Part shown: positions 7,192-12,696 of the stretch, piece by piece | Layout of the letters: the number at the start of each line of letters is the position of its first letter | Numbering within the stretch: position 1 is the stretch's first letter | NCBI GenBank assembly: GCA_027451365.1 | Contig: DAIDJN010000027.1 | Coordinates: 1 to 12,696, forward strand | Direction of reading: 5' to 3' | DNA from: Phycisphaerales bacterium | Lineage (GTDB): Bacteria; Planctomycetota; Phycisphaerae; WQYP01 | Length of the DNA stretch: 12,696 nucleotides | Notes under the pieces: model-generated | What the model was told of the DNA's origin: nothing | What the model saw: the letters and a program-made list of their open reading frames with translations, nothing else | Database searches by the model: none | Made by a program: the position numbers and the translations under genes

Positions 7192-8178
7192 ATGATAAAT
7201 CCAAATTTACGGCAGGGACAAAAAATCGGCGTCGGCCTGTTTGGTGAAAATGGACACCAGATCGCCGCGCGCTTGATGCATGATTCCAATTTTCGGCTGG
7301 TTGCCCATGCGCAAATGTCCGTACGCGGCCTTCCGCCTGCGGCTTTGGAAGACGCATCCGTCGCAAAGGTGGAAAGTCTGGAGGATCTTTTGGCGAATCC
7401 GGCGGTGCGGCTGGTCAGTTTGTGCAGTCCGCGCCGCGCCGACCAGGCGGCACAAGCCATAAAATGTCTGCAGGCCGGACGGCATGTATTGGCGGAAAAG
7501 CCGTGTGCCATGACACTGCCGGACCTTGATCGTCTTATTAACGCCGCGGTCGAGTTGGGCTTGGTATTCCGGGAAATGGCCAACGATATTGGCTGGCAGC
7601 AGCCATATCTGGCCTTGCGGCGCATGGTGGAGTCCGGCCGATTGGGCCGTGTGATTCAGGTTCTGGCTCAGAAATCTTATCCGATGCATGCGGGCCGTCC
7701 GGATGATGAAGATGTGGATGGCGGCTTATTATTGCAATGTGCCTCCCACACGCTGCGAATGATTGAACAGGTTGCGGGTCTGCCTGTTGAATCCATTTAT
7801 GCTATTGAAACCACGCGCGCGGAAAATGGCACCGGCCTGCGGATCGCCGCATCCCTGATAATGCGCCTTGGGCGTGGCGCGCTGGGCACGGCGGTTGCAA
7901 ATTACCTTAATCCGCGTGGGTTCGGCCTGTGGGGGAATGAACACCTGCGCATTTTTGGCACCCAAGGCATGGCGGAAATAACAGATGGTGGGCAACGTAC
8001 CCGTTGGTACACAGCCGGAGGGGATGCGGGACCTTTGCAACAGGTGGAACCGGGCAAAGATCAACTGGACCTTCTGGCGGAAGAAATTGTCAGTGGCATT
8101 TCCCGCCAGGCGCTGGAATTGCAACTTCATCCAACGCGGATGGCAATTCTGGCACGAAACGCCGCCCGTCCAGAATAA
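7192..8178 (+). CDS. Gfo/Idh/MocA family oxidoreductase
   Basis: LEDLLANPAVRLVSLCSP...AIKCLQAGRHVLAEKP and GGLLLQCASH. AGGAG at 7175-7179 favours a start at 7192 (7180 is the alternative). Confidence 0.88.
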   Translation: MINPNLRQGQKIGVGLFGENGHQIAARLMHDSNFRLVAHAQMSVRGLPPAALEDASVAKVESLEDLLANPAVRLVSLCSPRRADQAAQAIKCLQAGRHVLAEKPCAMTLPDLDRLINAAVELGLVFREMANDIGWQQPYLALRRMVESGRLGRVIQVLAQKSYPMHAGRPDDEDVDGGLLLQCASHTLRMIEQVAGLPVESIYAIETTRAENGTGLRIAASLIMRLGRGALGTAVANYLNPRGFGLWGNEHLRIFGTQGMAEITDGGQRTRWYTAGGDAGPLQQVEPGKDQLDLLAEEIVSGISRQALELQLHPTRMAILARNAARPE

Positions 8179-8252
8179 ATAAGAAGCCTCCGGACCGCGG
8201 GTTGCCCGCCGCAGCTTACAGCAAAATACTGTTGAAGTCCGATCGCGCTGGC

Positions 8253-9230
8253 TTAGGTCGAAGGCCCGCGTTTCTTTTGCGGCGCATACATGCGGGCGGA
8301 CAGCACGGCCGCCCAGATTGCCAGTGGCAAAGGAGATATGAACATCAGAAAAGAAACCGCCATCGATTGATCTTCCAGCGGCACAATATGAAACAGTACC
8401 AGCAGGCTGCGGATTGCCAGCAGGGGAACCATCAGAGCCATACTGATGCGGTACGCCCGCCCCAGCGGCATTTGGTTGGGCCGGTTGATCATGGCAATGA
8501 GCGGACTGATCATCACAATCATTAGAACGCTCCAGAGTCCGTTTGAGAGAAAAATCACCAGACCGAACATGACGGTGATCAACGCTGTAATCGTGGCATG
8601 GTTGGAATTAATAAGCGCCAGCAGTGTGGCGCTGCTGACCTTTACCGGGGGCGGCAACAGTTGGCCGTTTTTGCCCTGACCAATCGGCATTCCATTGGAC
8701 TGAGCCAATACAGTCTGCAATTGCCGGACAGAAACGCTTTGCCGGGGTGTGGCGAACATCGCCCAGGACCCGGTGTAGATCAGATGGTTTTGCGTCAGAA
8801 CCATGACCATTGGCATGGAAGTGTCACGGTACAGGCCCGTCACGTTCGGCCGCACGATAAGCTTCCCGCCCGATCCGACAATTTTGAGCGGCTTTTTGCC
8901 GGGCGTGGGTATGACTGACAATCGTCCGTTGGTCAGCAGCATGGGATCAAAAGATTTGTCGTAACTGACGGCGAACTGCCGGGCCAGATGCATGATGCGG
9001 CTGGCCATGGGATATCCCGTCAGCAGTGAGCTGGCAAAAAGAACCAGCAGGAATGGCCAGAGAATTACAGTCACGCGGTAACGAGCTGCAATCGCCCACT
9101 GGCGGGGTTCTATCAACAGCATGAGAATAAGCGCAAGCAAACGCGGTGGCCGCTGAAAAATAATCGGCTGGGGCTTTACGGGAGGGGTGGAGGGTGCCGG
9201 CGGCGGGCTGGACGATGGGTTTTGTGTCAT
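8253..9230 (-). CDS. Membrane protein (DUF1189-like topology) with proline-rich N-terminus
   Basis: One N-terminal TM, an extracytoplasmic domain, about 3 C-terminal TMs and a basic tail. Start at MTQNP chosen by inference. Confidence 0.65.
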   Translation of the reverse strand: MTQNPSSSPPPAPSTPPVKPQPIIFQRPPRLLALILMLLIEPRQWAIAARYRVTVILWPFLLVLFASSLLTGYPMASRIMHLARQFAVSYDKSFDPMLLTNGRLSVIPTPGKKPLKIVGSGGKLIVRPNVTGLYRDTSMPMVMVLTQNHLIYTGSWAMFATPRQSVSVRQLQTVLAQSNGMPIGQGKNGQLLPPPVKVSSATLLALINSNHATITALITVMFGLVIFLSNGLWSVLMIVMISPLIAMINRPNQMPLGRAYRISMALMVPLLAIRSLLVLFHIVPLEDQSMAVSFLMFISPLPLAIWAAVLSARMYAPQKKRGPST

Positions 9231-9316
9231 GTTCTGACCCCGGCAGGAGGAGGAATCCACACAGGCCGCGGCGCGCATGTACGCCACGGCCGCGGGCAAT
9301 CATTCAGGATCGGCCC

Positions 9317-9883
9317 TCAATCGTTAACTCGCCCCAGATATTCGCCAGTGCGTGTATCCACACGCACTACCGTGCCCTTATTGATGAAATCAGGCACGTT
9401 CAGGATCAGGCCTGTTTCCAGGATTGCGTCTTTGCCGACATTGCTGACGGTCGCACCTTTGATGCTTGGCGGACAGTCCTTAATTTCCAGTTCAACCGTG
9501 TTGGGTAATTCAACTGAAAAGGGCTTGCCCTGATACATGGTGATCTGCACGGCGGTGTCCGGCTTCAAATACTGCACGGCTTCGCCCACCACATCGCCGG
9601 AGAGTTCCAATTGTTCGTAGTCGACCAGGTCCATGAAGCAATGCCGCCCGTTATCGGAGTACAGGTATTGCATCGGCTTTTGTTCGAGAAACGCTTCTTC
9701 AAGCGTGTCATCCACGCGGAATCGCTGCTCTATAATGCTGCCGGTCTGGGTGTCCTTAAGCTTTACCTGCATGAAGGAACGCCAGTTTCCCTTGGAAACT
9801 TTGGCAAAATCATGGACGACATATAGCTTGTTGTTGTATTCGACCGCTACGCCTCGCCGCAGGTCGATAGCCTTGATGGACAT
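9317..9883 (-). CDS. efp: Translation elongation factor P
   Basis: 188 aa. DLRRG...MQYLYSD...FMDLVDYEQ...VELPNTVELEI...KDAILETGL.LNVPDFINKG..VRVDTRTGEYLGRV is the EF-P signature. Confidence 0.96.
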   Translation of the reverse strand: MSIKAIDLRRGVAVEYNNKLYVVHDFAKVSKGNWRSFMQVKLKDTQTGSIIEQRFRVDDTLEEAFLEQKPMQYLYSDNGRHCFMDLVDYEQLELSGDVVGEAVQYLKPDTAVQITMYQGKPFSVELPNTVELEIKDCPPSIKGATVSNVGKDAILETGLILNVPDFINKGTVVRVDTRTGEYLGRVND

Positions 9884-9905
9884 GCAAACCCCGTTTCAGG
9901 TACAT

Positions 9906-9932
9906 AAAAAATAAGCGCCGCACGGCGGCGCT
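9906..9932 (-). terminator. Intrinsic terminator-like hairpin after tRNA-Glu
   Basis: Minus strand AGCGCCGC-CGT-GCGGCGCT followed by TATTTTTT. Confidence 0.75.
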
Positions 9933-9942
9933 ATTCGCCAAT

Positions 9943-10015
9943 TGCCCTCATGGGGATTCGAACCCCAGTTACAGGCGTGAAAAGCCCGTGTCCTAGGCCT
10001 CTAGACGATGAGGGC
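9943..10015 (-). tRNA. tRNA-Glu (TTC), CCA not encoded
   Basis: Minus strand reads GCCCTCATCGTCTAGAGGCCTAGGACACGGGCTTTTCACGCCTGTAACTGGGGTTCGAATCCCCATGAGGGCA; anticodon loop TTTTCAC. Confidence 0.97.
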
Positions 10016-10030
10016 GAACCAGAGCCAAGC

Positions 10031-10059
10031 ATTATACCAAGCCTTTTGAAAGGCGACAA
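10031..10059 (-). promoter_or_regulatory. Sigma70 promoter for tRNA-Glu (and possibly efp)
   Basis: Minus strand TTGTCG-17 nt-TATAAT with a TG extended -10, 15 nt upstream of the tRNA. Confidence 0.8.
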
Positions 10060-10285
10060 ATCGTCTGAATTCGGGTTCAAACGTGTAAACGTGTAATATA
10101 TCTCCCTGTGGCCCGGAGGATATGCCGGCATTGGTCTGCCGAAGGGATCGGTCCTTTGAAAGAGACCCGGAATCAGATTTAGCTCGGATTCGGCATGGAT
10201 TTAAATTAGACCTCCAATCGGCTAACATTATTTGTACCGAACTCTGGACGGCGAGGCTGATTTTGGATTTTGCAGGAAACCTGGT

Positions 10286-11179
10286 GTGAACACGAACGAT
10301 ATTCCGCCCCCAACATGGCCTTTTCTGCTGGCAACCGCCATCACCCTGGTTGTGGGACTGGTCCTGTGGCTGGAAGCTGTTCGGGTGGCGCGGCCGCTGG
10401 TGACGCTGCTTATGGTTGTGGTGGGTGCGTGTGGCGGCTTTCTTGTACCGGTATTGTGGCACGCAAGTCTGGCCCGCCTGACCACTGTCATTACAGGTAT
10501 TATTGCCGGACTTATTCTCGGTGGCCTGCTGTTCCGCATAACTCAGGCTGTTTTGGCTGCCCTGATCGCCGCGGCAATAGTGGTGGGAGTGGCGAGTTTT
10601 TGTGATGGCGTCTGGACCCATAGCGCATTGCATAGTCTGACTGAAGCCGTGCAGAAGGGCAGCGGAAAAACAATCGCCGCGTCGCAGCCAACGGATCACG
10701 CCGCGCAATTGCCGGGCAATAAGTCGGCGGTATCTACCACCGTCAGTAGGGGCGGCAATGCCGGTTCTGCCGGTGCCGGAACGCAATCCCGCAAAATCAA
10801 ACCCGCTTGGCTGTGGCAGGTGGTCACGCGCGTGTATGTGAATATTCATGATCGGCTGGCCAAGTTGTCCGCCGGGCAACGCAGTGCCATGTATGCCATG
10901 GCGGCCGGGGCGGGACTCATTGCGCTTCTGCTGGGAATTATTTTTTCGCGGGCAACAAGTCTGGTGGGAGGGGCGTGGCTCGGAACGCTGATGATCTTTG
11001 CCGCGGTTGCCGTAGCGGGGCAGTGGTATAGCCCGAAAAATCTGGCCTGGGCCAACCAGCGGCTGCATCCGCTGTGGATATTCACCGCCTGTGGTCTGTT
11101 GGGTATGGCCGCGCAATATCGCCATATTCACCGGCAGAAGAAAAACAAAAAGAAGGACGCCACCGAGGAAAAAAAATAG
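10286..11179 (+). CDS. Multi-pass membrane protein (possibly DUF4203/TMEM198-like) with a low-complexity loop
   Basis: About 7 Gly/Ala-rich hydrophobic segments and a Lys-rich C-tail. GTG at 10286 preceded by AGGA. Confidence 0.65.
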   Translation: MNTNDIPPPTWPFLLATAITLVVGLVLWLEAVRVARPLVTLLMVVVGACGGFLVPVLWHASLARLTTVITGIIAGLILGGLLFRITQAVLAALIAAAIVVGVASFCDGVWTHSALHSLTEAVQKGSGKTIAASQPTDHAAQLPGNKSAVSTTVSRGGNAGSAGAGTQSRKIKPAWLWQVVTRVYVNIHDRLAKLSAGQRSAMYAMAAGAGLIALLLGIIFSRATSLVGGAWLGTLMIFAAVAVAGQWYSPKNLAWANQRLHPLWIFTACGLLGMAAQYRHIHRQKKNKKKDATEEKK

Positions 11180-11259
11180 TTCCAATACATATTTCCGGAC
11201 GCTGATTTCCGGCAATGCCGAAGGCTGGGAAAAATCAGAACACTTATTTTTCATCAGGG

Positions 11260-11976
11260 ATGATGCTCACAATGTCGCGCCAGCCAACCAGTACATCCGT
11301 CTGGACGAGCCTTTCCATGCCGGAATGGCATCAGCGAATTCTGCATTTGTACGCGCACTGGCGGTTGTTGGCCCGCAACTTTCCTGTTCCAGACGCCCGC
11401 TGGGACGCGCTGCTGGCGCTGGTCGGGCTGATTTTTCTACTGGTTTCCTGGCGGCATTATCGAGCGGTGGTAATGGCCAATTGCGCCGCACTGGGCTGGT
11501 ATTTCGGCATGTATCTGGTGCATTGGTCCTTTGTGGCGGCGGTGGCGGCGGCTCTGGCGGGCACCATTCTGGGCCTGCTTTTAGTGCCGGTCATGCAGGC
11601 GACGGCGATGGTGGCGGGCGGACTGATTGGCTGTTTAGGCGGCATTGCGTTGTGGCACTGGTTTCATCAGCCGCCGGATTTCCGCTGGGTGCCCGCGGCC
11701 GTGGGACTGGTTCTGTTGTGTGTGGCGGGGCTGTATTTATTTCGACTGGGGGTGGTGTTGCTGTGCACGCTGGAAGGAGCTCTGCTGGGGGTGGGCGGTT
11801 TGCTGGGAGTCATGGTGGCTTGCGCGCGGCCTGCACAGAATCGCCGCCTTCATGCCCAATTGCTGGATCACCCGGTTCGTTTATTTACGCTGGTGGCGGC
11901 GGTAACTGCGGCATCCATGCTTTATCAATATTTGCGCTGGCGATCCGCAAAAAAAGATGTAAAAGCCGAAAAATAG
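11260..11976 (+). CDS. Multi-pass membrane protein (possibly DUF4203/TMEM198-like)
   Basis: About 7 hydrophobic segments and a terminal YQY plus basic tail. Start uncertain (11215/11260/11263/11272). Confidence 0.65.
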   Translation: MMLTMSRQPTSTSVWTSLSMPEWHQRILHLYAHWRLLARNFPVPDARWDALLALVGLIFLLVSWRHYRAVVMANCAALGWYFGMYLVHWSFVAAVAAALAGTILGLLLVPVMQATAMVAGGLIGCLGGIALWHWFHQPPDFRWVPAAVGLVLLCVAGLYLFRLGVVLLCTLEGALLGVGGLLGVMVACARPAQNRRLHAQLLDHPVRLFTLVAAVTAASMLYQYLRWRSAKKDVKAEK

Positions 11977-12006
11977 CGGTCTCCGCTGCCGCAGGCGGAT
12001 GGTGGA

Positions 12007-12426
12007 TTACTCACCAATAATTTTTACCAGAACGCGCTTGTTGCGTTTGCCATCAAATTCGCCATAAAAAACCTGCTCCCACGGGCCGAAGTCCATTTTT
12101 CCGCCGGTAATGGCGACCACCACCTCGCGGCCCATTATTTGACGTTTCAGGTGTGCGTCGGCATTGTCTTCACCGGTGTCATTATGCCGGTACGCGTCAA
12201 CCGGTTTGTGCGGCGCAAGTTTTTCCAGCCACTGGCGGTAATCCTCATGCAGGCCGGCTTCGTTGTCATTAATAAATACCGATGCGGAAATGTGCATCGC
12301 GTTGCACAGCAGCAATCCTTCCTGAATGCCGCTGCGGCGGACGCAATCTTCCAGCCGCGGGGTAATATGCACGAAATCCACCCGTTGGGGAACGTGAAAG
12401 GTCAGATATTCCGTAAAGCTCTTCAT
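12007..12426 (-). CDS. yjbQ: YjbQ / UPF0047 family protein (secondary thiamine-phosphate synthase)
   Basis: [40 protein letters not shown] are YjbQ family motifs; 139 aa. Confidence 0.93.
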   Translation of the reverse strand: MKSFTEYLTFHVPQRVDFVHITPRLEDCVRRSGIQEGLLLCNAMHISASVFINDNEAGLHEDYRQWLEKLAPHKPVDAYRHNDTGEDNADAHLKRQIMGREVVVAITGGKMDFGPWEQVFYGEFDGKRNKRVLVKIIGE

Positions 12427-12612
12427 GCCAAATTACCGTTCGATTGTGCGGCCATCCGCCGGCGGCCAACGGCCTGATACAGAATCAGGACGCAGATGAT
12501 TTTATAGCCGACCATTGCGGCTGGCAAAATATTGTTGTGGGTTATTTTCGTGCCGCTTGGATTGTGGCAGCCGGTTTGTTAGCATGGAGCAGGTGTACTG
12601 GAGCAACCATCC

Positions 12613-12696
12613 ATGAGCGACTGGCAGGAAGCGGAGCAGCGTGTTGAACGCGCACATGACCTGTATGAACGTGGCCGGTGGGAGGAAGCCGTTTCT
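12613..12696 (+). CDS. 5' end of a probable tetratricopeptide-repeat protein (truncated by window)
   Basis: GGAG at 12600-12603, then MSDWQEAEQRVERAHDLYERGRWEEAVS, which fits a TPR helix pattern. Not in the ORF track. Confidence 0.6.
   Translation, partial: MSDWQEAEQRVERAHDLYERGRWEEAVS

Noticed and set aside
9900..9942. Second element integrated at tRNA-Glu
   Set aside because: The tRNA is followed directly by a terminator and efp, with no integrase or duplicated 3' end.
9931..10131. 66-aa ORF across tRNA-Glu
   Set aside because: Translation of the tRNA and its promoter, with no coding evidence.
10001..11254. 417-aa minus-strand ORF
   Set aside because: Antisense shadow of the membrane-protein gene. 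It has no recognisable domain and runs into the tRNA-Glu promoter and gene.
11091..12020. 309-aa Gly/Ser-rich plus-strand ORF
   Set aside because: Alternative frame of the 11260-11976 gene; its composition reflects shifted GC-rich codons.

Overview
Bacterial window, probably Planctomycetota/Phycisphaerae-like (inferred from the integrase, EF-P loop and hopanoid genes; not verified). The left ~1.9 kb is the end of an integrative element: an HTH gene, an excisionase and a tyrosine integrase, sitting at the 3' end of a standalone tRNA-Ile(GAT). The integrase ORF has no stop at the element boundary. It runs through putative att-arm repeats, reads antisense through the whole tRNA gene and its promoter, and joins in frame with a host GNAT acetyltransferase gene that appears to have its own leaderless promoter. 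The rest looks like core chromosome: HpnN-like MMPL transporter, HpnO-like aminotransferase, Gfo/Idh/MocA oxidoreductase, a proline-rich membrane protein, EF-P with a non-canonical KGNW loop, tRNA-Glu(TTC), two tandem multi-TM membrane proteins, YjbQ and the start of a probable TPR protein. All family calls come from motif recognition by eye; no searches were run.
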